A stretch of DNA of 39,531 nucleotides from a virus (taxonomy: Duplodnaviria; Caudoviricetes): IMG/VR virus record IMGVR_UViG_3300037506_000146, positions 1-39,531 of that record; one strand, given 5' to 3'. The position numbers and the translations under genes were made by a program. This document shows positions 28,390-35,770 of the stretch, piece after piece. The notes below the pieces were generated by a model. That model was given only the letters and a program-made list of their open reading frames with translations. It did not search any database and had not been told where the DNA came from. Numbering within the stretch: the stretch's first letter is position 1; each line of letters starts with the position of its first letter.

Positions 28390-30435
28390 TTATTTACATT
28401 CTTTCCAGGTTCGCCCTACTTTGGCTTCTGCGGTGATCGGAAGTCCAGGAAGTAAACTGTTTTCAGGCGTCATGCAAAATACCTGATTGAGTATGGTCTT
28501 GGCCTCTTCGTCATGGTCTTTTAAGACATCCACCACGTATTCGTCGTGGACGTTTAGAATGGGGATCCCTCCGATCTTGAGCAGTTTAATCGTCGCCTTG
28601 CTTGCCAAAATCTTAAAGATGTCAGCCGCCGTCCCTTGGATCAGGGCGTTAAATACTTGCCGTTGGGCTTCGGCTCGACGTTTACAGAGCTCTTCGACCG
28701 AGGCGTTACCGAGTACCCGGGTCGATCGATTGGACTGTCTCTCTTTCCAGCTAAATACCGGGAGACAAATGTCTGGGTAGACCAGACGCCGACCGTAGAG
28801 GGTGTGTACGACACCGCCATTTTTTGACGCCTTATCCCAAACGCGCCGTTTCAGCTCTTGGGTGGCTGGGGTTGCCGCTCTCCATTCATCCATCAACGCT
28901 TTCGCTTTTTCAACCGTACATCCAATGATGCTTGCAGCACGGGCGTACCCTGACCCGTACAAGTCGCCAAAGTTAAACGTTTTGGCAACCGATCTCGATA
29001 CGTTGGCCTCATCGGCTTTTAGCTGATGCGGATCACCTCCCGCGTGGAAACAGTCCCAAAGCACTTTGGCATCCGGATAGTCGTCTAGCTCATCTTTGAA
29101 CATGTTGACCAGGTACCAGGATAAAACTCTTAACTCAATCTGATCCAAGTCGATCCCAACTAACCGGTGATCGGGCGATCGCGCAATCACAGTGTCTCGG
29201 ATCGCATCACCAAACTCCCCACGGGCTGGAAGATTCTGAAAGTTCGGGTTGCGTGACGAAATACGTCCAGTAACGGTACCGTATTGGATCCAAGACCCTT
29301 TCAAAACTCCACCACTATCAATAAATTTGTTGATATACGTGGACATCAACTTCTCATAGACCGAGTACTCACTCAACAACTGAGCTAGTGGGTATTCTAA
29401 TGATTTTAGCACCTCTTTGTCTAGTGCCTCGTTGCCGGAGGCGGTGCGCTTCGGCGATTCAAACCCATACAGCTTTTTGAGCGCATAGAGTTTGTGAGCT
29501 AAAGAGTTCGGAGAAAAAGCCGTCCAGGCTCTATAGGTGTAGCGTTCACGATTGTCTTTTTTATCTATTTCTTTTCCTAGGTATTTAAACATACCCGGAA
29601 TGGCGTCCGACTCGTTGTCTGTTACATCATCTCCATTACGGGGATGCAGTGTCTTAGACCACTTACCGAGTGGTACGAGACCGACTAACTCAGCCATTTT
29701 CGACGTAATGAATTGATGCTTTTCCGACAGCGTTGTTTTTAGTTCTAACAACTTTGACAGATCAAAGTGAATACCCGCCGATTGCAATTGTCGGATGACG
29801 TGCAAGTAGGGTAGTTCGATCTCAGAATACAAGTTCCAGGCTTTGGCATCCTCTTGCAGTCTTGGCAAGATGTATTCGGCTAGCAGACACTGAGAGCGAG
29901 CGTCTCTTTCGCCGTACGTTTCAAGCGCGGCGGAATACTCAGAAAAATCGGGTCTAGACAACTTGCGCTCTGCAAGACCCAGACGTTGACCCCATGCCGC
30001 TAACGAGTATTTGCTATGCTTTTTAACGGGTTTGAGTGTTTTAGAGCTGATCGTTGTGACGAGTTCCTCCTCAACAGTTGGGCACAACAACCAGCCAGCG
30101 ATTAGTGTGTCATGGAATATGACGGGTTCGGGAAACCCAAATAAGGACAATACAGATATGTCGTACTCTGCACCGTGAAAACAAGGAACTAGGGTTTTTG
30201 TGGTGTTCCCTACGGTCACTTTGCGATTGGTTAAGATGTCGATCAATCCTTTTGTATGCTCGTTTGCAGGGATGGGATCACCCAGCGCCATCTTTAAGGG
30301 TACGACCCCGGACTTAAGCTCACCCTCATCTGTGCGATAGCAATACGACACCAGGTGTAAACGGGTAAGCGAATCCAGTAATCCGTCCGTTTCACAGTCC
30401 AAAATGATTACAAGTGAATGGTCTAGCTCAATCAT
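28390..30435 (-). CDS. Family A DNA polymerase with 3'-5' exonuclease
   Basis: ExoI DCETDG, TVTGRISSRNPNFQNLP, motif A DLDQIELR, motif B AKTFNFGDLYG, motif C VHDE. Confidence 0.97.
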   Translation of the reverse strand: MIELDHSLVIILDCETDGLLDSLTRLHLVSYCYRTDEGELKSGVVPLKMALGDPIPANEHTKGLIDILTNRKVTVGNTTKTLVPCFHGAEYDISVLSLFGFPEPVIFHDTLIAGWLLCPTVEEELVTTISSKTLKPVKKHSKYSLAAWGQRLGLAERKLSRPDFSEYSAALETYGERDARSQCLLAEYILPRLQEDAKAWNLYSEIELPYLHVIRQLQSAGIHFDLSKLLELKTTLSEKHQFITSKMAELVGLVPLGKWSKTLHPRNGDDVTDNESDAIPGMFKYLGKEIDKKDNRERYTYRAWTAFSPNSLAHKLYALKKLYGFESPKRTASGNEALDKEVLKSLEYPLAQLLSEYSVYEKLMSTYINKFIDSGGVLKGSWIQYGTVTGRISSRNPNFQNLPARGEFGDAIRDTVIARSPDHRLVGIDLDQIELRVLSWYLVNMFKDELDDYPDAKVLWDCFHAGGDPHQLKADEANVSRSVAKTFNFGDLYGSGYARAASIIGCTVEKAKALMDEWRAATPATQELKRRVWDKASKNGGVVHTLYGRRLVYPDICLPVFSWKERQSNRSTRVLGNASVEELCKRRAEAQRQVFNALIQGTAADIFKILASKATIKLLKIGGIPILNVHDEYVVDVLKDHDEEAKTILNQVFCMTPENSLLPGLPITAEAKVGRTWKECK

Positions 30436-30450
30436 CCTTTTGACTCCTCA

Positions 30451-30481
30451 AATAAAAAGGGGGGCAGTTATACCCCCCCCT
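30451..30481 (-). terminator. Intrinsic terminator upstream of the polymerase gene
   Basis: On the minus strand: G-run, TATAACTG, CCCCCC, then TTTTTATTT. Confidence 0.7.
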
Positions 30482-30508
30482 AGTAGTGCGATGGAATCTA
30501 CTTACATT

Positions 30509-30958
30509 CTACGCATCTACTTTTGTTTTAATAGCCGCTGTATCAGATTTGATGATAGCCGTATCAGATTTGAGGACGGTCGTATCAGATTTGAGAACAG
30601 TCGCATCTGATTTAATGTCTGTAGCGTCAGTCTTAATGGTTGTGATGTCAGTCTTAATGGTTGTGATGTCAGTCTTAATGGTTGTGATGTCAACCAACAT
30701 ATCGTTGCAAACGGATCTAGTAGCTACTATGCTTGCCGTTAATTGTGTTAACACGTTAGACATTGCTGCTAACGTGTCTTGTATCTGGTCTATTTGTTTA
30801 CCAACTCCCATAACGGTACTTTCCTCAACATCATTTTCGATTTTGTTTAACAACCGTCTTAAAACGGTTAACTCTCTGTTCAAAATTTGCATCTGAGAGT
30901 TTGTCTGTTGCAATTGCTGAACCAATTGCTCAATCGTTACTCTTGTTCGTTCATCCAT
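30509..30958 (-). CDS. Heptad-repeat coiled-coil protein
   Basis: DITTIKT x3 plus related heptads; ATG 30958 with GGAG 5 nt upstream (track start 30979). Confidence 0.75.
   Translation of the reverse strand: MDERTRVTIEQLVQQLQQTNSQMQILNRELTVLRRLLNKIENDVEESTVMGVGKQIDQIQDTLAAMSNVLTQLTASIVATRSVCNDMLVDITTIKTDITTIKTDITTIKTDATDIKSDATVLKSDTTVLKSDTAIIKSDTAAIKTKVDA
30626..30688. repeat. 21-bp exact tandem repeat x3 (coding heptads)
   Basis: GTCAGTCTTAATGGTTGTGAT at 30626, 30647 and 30668. Confidence 0.95.
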
Positions 30959-31335
30959 TCGTACTCCGTGGTTAACCACTCAGACGGAATCTCGTAACCG
31001 GTCGCGGCGATCACACCCATCTTCCGCAACTTCTCGCTCATCATTAGATGTTTTGTCCTGGGTATCCGATAGTCCTTTTCTAACAAGATTCTCAATCTTT
31101 TTTTTAGGTCTGGATTTTGTTGGAGAGCGTACCCCAACATCTTTAACCAGGTTTTGATGTGTGGGTGGTACCCCTTCAGTTCCAGATATAAACCGTTCGG
31201 TAACACGAAGTCTGGTGTGTAGCTGGTCTTCATCCAGACATCGTACATCCTCGACTTTTCCGGCAATTTGTTGAGATTCGGATAGCGTGCTAATATCGCT
31301 TGCTCGTATCTCCCCCTCGGTTTTTCTACTGCCAT
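30937..31335 (-). CDS. T7 endonuclease I-like Holliday junction resolvase
   Basis: PD-(D/E)xK motif YTPDFVLPNGLYLELKG; GAGG upstream of the ATG. Confidence 0.88.
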   Translation of the reverse strand: MAVEKPRGRYEQAILARYPNLNKLPEKSRMYDVWMKTSYTPDFVLPNGLYLELKGYHPHIKTWLKMLGYALQQNPDLKKRLRILLEKDYRIPRTKHLMMSEKLRKMGVIAATGYEIPSEWLTTEYEWMNEQE

Positions 31336-32974
31336 CGCCTACCACCTCGTTGTATTTTTGCTTGTACCAATCGAATACTAACGATATCGTTCCAGTGTCC
31401 CGTTGTGTTCGGTTTTTTGATATCTTTAGTATTGCTTTTTCTATTTCACTACTTTTATCTTCCTCCCTACTAAGTTCTATTATGTTGGAGGCTAGCTGGT
31501 TCGTATTCTGGTTACCCCAGCCTTTCCAACTCCCTTCTTCGTCCTTTGTGCCATGCGAAATGACGACGATGTGGATGCCCAAATCCCTGGATAATTCGTA
31601 GAGTTTCTTAAACGTCATCCCAATCGTATGGAACATGTCGTTACGGCTACCGCTTGACGCCGCGATCGTCAAATGATCTAGCACCACAAACTTGACATCT
31701 TTGGATCGGGCGGCATACTCAACCACCTCTGCAATCTGATCCGTAGGCATACTGCCTGTGATGCTCGTCACCTCTAGGTGCTGCATGGCCGAGTCAAAAT
31801 ACTGATCTAACGTCTCGGCTGAAATTAACGGTACCTTAGAGGAGGAAATCAACAAGATCTCCTGCATCATTTCAATAATCTTGATCACGCCGATATCGTT
31901 ACCGTCTTCTAACGGCATGTAAAGACAGTGAATACCATTCAGCAATTGTTTAACCACCAACCACCGAGCAAAGGTCGATTTGCCTTGATGGATCCCGGCC
32001 AAAATAAGAGAACACTCTCCCATGCGCCAACCGCCTAAGGCGTCATCTAACGATAAAATACCGGTCGGTAACCCGGTTCGGTATTCCGAGCTAAAGTACC
32101 GGCGATGGACATTTTTTCGCAGCTCTTCTTTATCGGAAATTGAGGCAGGTCTTCTACACGTGGCTGATTGGATGGCTAATCTGAACTCCGCTTCACGCCG
32201 ATGCAGTAAAAAATCACACGCATCTTTTGTGACCGTCTCTGATACCTGAAGTCTTGGTAAGTCAACATGATAACCAACACCCGGTTTAAGGAGATTCATA
32301 CAAGCGGCTGCCGCCTTCTGACCTTCAAGGTCGTTATCAAAGCACAAGTACACTCGTTTAAATCGTTCAAGATCAAAGAGACACTCTTTGACATAGCTCT
32401 TCGCACTCTGTGCTCCGTGCGGGATTGACCAAACAGTGTAGTCACTGTGATTGCGATCACTGAGCATCGTCATGGTCGCTAAGGCATCCTCTTCTCCTTC
32501 TGTGATGATCAGGTTTTGATCACTGGGTTTGTATTGCACGCCAAAAAAAGTGACGTGCTTTGCGTTCCCAATCCACGAGGGGGGTCGCTGATCTTTTTTG
32601 GCGTGTTTGATCTTAGCTGCAATACAACCGTACCCTGTTTTGTGGTACGGAAACGTCAAGTTACCGTGTGCATCGGTTCCAACGCCGTAGCGCTCACAAA
32701 TCCGTTGCGGGATCAAGCGACTTGCAATCCCTTGTATTTCAAGGTCTGGAATTACGAAAGACCCCAATACGAGAGGTGGTTTGTCTTCCGTGTTGGGGTC
32801 GTAGTCAATCCCTTTATCTTTAGCAAGGTTTACGTCGTAGTACCCCTCATTGCAGGTGTAACAAAACCATGTTTCACCTTTTAATCGATCATTGTAAAAT
32901 ACTGCCCTGTTATCCCGGCTCCCGCATTTTGGGCAAGGTTCGTGACGCAGGAACCGTTTTGTGCTGTCTGACAT
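30980..32974 (-). CDS. T7 gp4-like primase-helicase
   Basis: Zn finger CPKC...CYTC, TOPRIM ITEGEED and FDND, helicase Walker A AGIHQGKST, VVLDH, VISH, KNR. Confidence 0.93.
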   Translation of the reverse strand: MSDSTKRFLRHEPCPKCGSRDNRAVFYNDRLKGETWFCYTCNEGYYDVNLAKDKGIDYDPNTEDKPPLVLGSFVIPDLEIQGIASRLIPQRICERYGVGTDAHGNLTFPYHKTGYGCIAAKIKHAKKDQRPPSWIGNAKHVTFFGVQYKPSDQNLIITEGEEDALATMTMLSDRNHSDYTVWSIPHGAQSAKSYVKECLFDLERFKRVYLCFDNDLEGQKAAAACMNLLKPGVGYHVDLPRLQVSETVTKDACDFLLHRREAEFRLAIQSATCRRPASISDKEELRKNVHRRYFSSEYRTGLPTGILSLDDALGGWRMGECSLILAGIHQGKSTFARWLVVKQLLNGIHCLYMPLEDGNDIGVIKIIEMMQEILLISSSKVPLISAETLDQYFDSAMQHLEVTSITGSMPTDQIAEVVEYAARSKDVKFVVLDHLTIAASSGSRNDMFHTIGMTFKKLYELSRDLGIHIVVISHGTKDEEGSWKGWGNQNTNQLASNIIELSREEDKSSEIEKAILKISKNRTQRDTGTISLVFDWYKQKYNEVVGDGSRKTEGEIRASDISTLSESQQIAGKVEDVRCLDEDQLHTRLRVTERFISGTEGVPPTHQNLVKDVGVRSPTKSRPKKKIENLVRKGLSDTQDKTSNDEREVAEDGCDRRDRLRDSV

Positions 32975-33417
32975 TGCGCAATCAATTGTCTGTAGAGTTC
33001 TAAAGGTGTGGTTGGTTTTTTGTGATCCGTAAACCCAAGTAAGTATTTAATAAAAGTTGTACAAATAAACCCGGACGGTTCGATCCTTAATCCAGCCAGG
33101 ATCAAATCCGGTATTGATAGCTTTAAGCGCATGGTGAGTGCAGTGACAAGGCGGCCGGTCACCAGGTCAAATAACTGATCGGTTACGGGATGGATCACCA
33201 CTCGCTCCTTGACATTTTTTAATTCATCCGTCGCTGGGAGTTGTAATCCCCAACGGCTGTAGTCAATGTTGTAGGCTTTATCATCGCTGGTTACGGTGAG
33301 GGACACATGCACATAGGTCATGTCGTGTCCCAAAAGCGACCCAACTAAATACACGAGTACAGAGTCTGCGTTTCGCCAATCAACTGCATGAAAATTGACA
33401 ATAATGCTGGTGCTCAT
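32881..33417 (-). CDS. Permuted papain-like (NlpC/P60, YiiX/YaeF-type) hydrolase
   Basis: His-before-Cys order: YVHVSL ... FICTTFI ... TPLELY. Confidence 0.6.
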   Translation of the reverse strand: MSTSIIVNFHAVDWRNADSVLVYLVGSLLGHDMTYVHVSLTVTSDDKAYNIDYSRWGLQLPATDELKNVKERVVIHPVTDQLFDLVTGRLVTALTMRLKLSIPDLILAGLRIEPSGFICTTFIKYLLGFTDHKKPTTPLELYRQLIAQCQTAQNGSCVTNLAQNAGAGITGQYFTMID

Positions 33418-34090
33418 GGCTGCTCTCAGTAAACGTTTCGGCTGTCGATATTCCCAAACAATACAGATAGGTGTACACCCGCCACGTCATATTTTTAATT
33501 TTTGTGAGGGAGTATTTATCTGGATTTACGGTTACCCAGTGGTTAACAATTTGCTCTGCATCCAGTGGCTCATCTGGATTTTCAGCTTGATAACACCGGA
33601 TCATCTTTTTCGTCTCGATCAAGTATCGAGTCAGTGATTGATTGACCTGTGAGGTCAGTGACTTTTCACTGGTATGGCCAATCCCACACTTCTCAAGCTC
33701 TCTAACCATCTCAAACCAGGCGTATCGCCTACGCCATTCGGTAATAAGCAGTTGGATGCTTTTGTGCTGATTTTCTTTTATGTATCGTAAAAACATGTGC
33801 ATCCGATCAATATGTGCCTCGTAATGCATCTGTGTTCTATCCGAATCGTTGTCGTTGGGTATTTCGTACCACTCGCGCGATCGACCAATGACACGTCTAC
33901 CGTATGACTGTTTACGACCATAGTGTGTCCGACTTCTTGAGTACACCAGGTCGGACACCATAACCCAAAGCACTTGTTGCTCAAAGGCATTCAGGTTCCC
34001 AAGCCTATATTTGTCAAGTAGGGCACAGCGGTCAGCATCTGTGCCCATATATTCTCTGAGTGCATCATTGCCTAACAAAAGCCTAGTCAT
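33380..34090 (-). CDS. Hypothetical protein
   Basis: 236-aa ORF in operon orientation; no motif recognised. Confidence 0.7.
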   Translation of the reverse strand: MTRLLLGNDALREYMGTDADRCALLDKYRLGNLNAFEQQVLWVMVSDLVYSRSRTHYGRKQSYGRRVIGRSREWYEIPNDNDSDRTQMHYEAHIDRMHMFLRYIKENQHKSIQLLITEWRRRYAWFEMVRELEKCGIGHTSEKSLTSQVNQSLTRYLIETKKMIRCYQAENPDEPLDAEQIVNHWVTVNPDKYSLTKIKNMTWRVYTYLYCLGISTAETFTESSHEHQHYCQFSCS

Positions 34091-34149
34091 ACCACGAAAA
34101 ACATAAGGTCTTAATGGTGATTCTAACTAGACCACTATGCACTAGGACA

Positions 34150-34635
34150 TTACGATTCATGTTTGTGTGTTGAATCAGTGTTAACACTGATAATTGTTTC
34201 TTCTGACACAGATTTTTCAGATTGATAGTCTATTGTTTGGATTAACACTTTGGTAGTCCAATCGGGCATCCAGGCATCCAAGTAAGACCTAAAGTCGTAC
34301 TTTGTTACAAACGGACTTTTATACCAATCACCCACAAACACTAACCCGCTAATCGTCTCTGGACGGCGATTGGCGAACGTGTGAACAGAGCGTATGAATT
34401 GTACAGCGTATGCAGGCACCGACCGGTTCGCCGCCCAACGTAACGCCGTTTGTTCGTTTTCTGCGACAACCAACCACGGTTTACCATCCCAGTTCTTCAA
34501 TACTTTCCACCCACCAATACTTGATTGGTAAGCATTTTTCTGTCGTCGGATATCAGCACAATCGTAGGTCAAAAAATGGTTAGCCTTGATTTTCAACATT
34601 TGACACTGCCTTAATAATTGATTTTTGGGCTTCAC
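34150..34635 (-). CDS. Hypothetical protein
   Basis: 161-aa Trp-rich ORF overlapping the upstream gene; start uncertain. Confidence 0.6.
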   Translation of the reverse strand: MKPKNQLLRQCQMLKIKANHFLTYDCADIRRQKNAYQSSIGGWKVLKNWDGKPWLVVAENEQTALRWAANRSVPAYAVQFIRSVHTFANRRPETISGLVFVGDWYKSPFVTKYDFRSYLDAWMPDWTTKVLIQTIDYQSEKSVSEETIISVNTDSTHKHES

Positions 34636-35077
34636 TGATGTGATACAAATACTCTTCCTGGATTTGTAACCCTAGCTTTTCGGCGTGCTGGGACACAAGA
34701 TGTAATACGACCGTATCAATACCCTCACGGATTTGATTCGCTTCCTGCGCGACTTGGTGTTCTAGTGGCGCTAGGTCGTACTGGCGCAGCACGATGTCCG
34801 TGCTTTGGTCACGTTCAGCCGCATCAACGCGCGTGATGGCGTACGTCGTCGTTGGGTACACCTCATCGTCTGAGTCCACCACGATGCTATCGGGCAGCGT
34901 TTTTTTCTTGATGGACGCAGACAATAAAGACGCTTCAAAGGCAGTGTATGTAATACGAGTACCGTTAACCGTTCCAAACGTCGTACCGTATTTGCCTTCT
35001 AGCGCCCTCTTATGCCGTCTGAGGGTTTCAGCAGACACACTTAAAGAGTCTGCCAATTCTTTGTGGGATATCTTCAT
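34580..35077 (-). CDS. MerR/RacA-like HTH protein with C-terminal coiled coil
   Basis: SHKELADSLSVSAETLRRHKRAL helix-turn-helix, wing GTRITYT..E..LL, linker, then helical C-terminus. Confidence 0.75.
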   Translation of the reverse strand: MKISHKELADSLSVSAETLRRHKRALEGKYGTTFGTVNGTRITYTAFEASLLSASIKKKTLPDSIVVDSDDEVYPTTTYAITRVDAAERDQSTDIVLRQYDLAPLEHQVAQEANQIREGIDTVVLHLVSQHAEKLGLQIQEEYLYHISEAQKSIIKAVSNVENQG

Positions 35078-35205
35078 TTTTTTTTCGGTTTGTGGGGTAT
35101 GTGTGGGGTATCTGTGGGATATGTGGGGGTATTACCCACATTTTGTGGGTATATATCCCACATTTTGTGGGTATATATCCCACATTTTGTGGGATAGCAC
35201 CCACA
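35062..35205. repeat. Phased TGTGGG/CCCACA palindrome array
   Basis: CCCACA-TTT-TGTGGG at 35135, 35157 and 35179 (22-bp period); extra TGTGGG at 35062, 35091, 35102, 35113, 35122 and CCCACA at 35200. Confidence 0.95.
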
Positions 35206-35231
35206 GGTCATCTCTGAAATACAACGAGAGG

Positions 35232-35648
35232 CTACTGGCTCGGTGGGATAAGCCAGGGATACAGCTCGTGAACGTTATGCGACAGCTCACGCACAACTGT
35301 ATTAATAAGCAACACAATACAGACGTACCAAAACAGTAAACAAGTTCGTAAGAACCAAGCCATTAAAAAGTTACCTAATTTACGCCCGAATATAACTCTA
35401 AATAACCCCTTTATTGGGGTTATTATGTTGCGGTGAACAACACGATTTAGAGGTACCAAATCCCGGATTGGTAGCTCTTTTTTGAAATTTGAATACGTAA
35501 GATGTTCGACATCATGAGCCTTCAATAGAGGACAAATAATGTCCCTACCAAAAAGCAAATTTAAGGACAATTTTCGCCTAAGACTTTGCTTCCACCTTGG
35601 CGAATTAATGTATTCGTAATAGCCCGAAGAAAGCTTTTTATGACTCAT
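35232..35648 (-). CDS. Degenerate HNH-like protein with a C-terminal transmembrane helix
   Basis: YYEYINSPRWK...DVEHLTY.NF..E...DLVPL...H pattern; hydrophobic FLMAWFLRTCLLFWYVCIVLLI tail. Confidence 0.65.
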   Translation of the reverse strand: MSHKKLSSGYYEYINSPRWKQSLRRKLSLNLLFGRDIICPLLKAHDVEHLTYSNFKKELPIRDLVPLNRVVHRNIITPIKGLFRVIFGRKLGNFLMAWFLRTCLLFWYVCIVLLINTVVRELSHNVHELYPWLIPPSQ

Positions 35649-35670
35649 GTTTGTAACATAATGGAGTAGT

Positions 35671-35770
35671 GGGACATTGGGATATGGGACATTGGGATAT
35701 GGGACATTGGGATATGGGACATGTCCCGGGATATGTCCCTGGCATGTTTATAGCCGTGTCCCAATGTCCC
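35671..35770. repeat. GGGAYA repeat array (clt-like) at the 3' end of the ATPase gene
   Basis: GGGACATTGGGATAT x3 (35671-35715), palindrome GGGACATGTCCC (35716-35727), GGGATATGTCCC (35728-35739), inverted copy at 35756-35770. Confidence 0.95.

Noticed and set aside
30486-30896. Plus-strand hydrophobic repeat ORF (VLMVVMS)
   Set aside because: Antisense shadow of the heptad-repeat gene, opposite to the operon direction.
34794-35339. Plus-strand 181-aa ORF and minus-strand 61-aa ORF across the palindrome array
   Set aside because: Their translations mirror the DNA repeats and the antisense HTH gene; no independent coding signal.
35062-35770. Repeat arrays as CRISPR or mini-CRISPR
   Set aside because: Units are 15-22 bp and contiguous, with no unique ~30-40 bp spacers and no cas genes.
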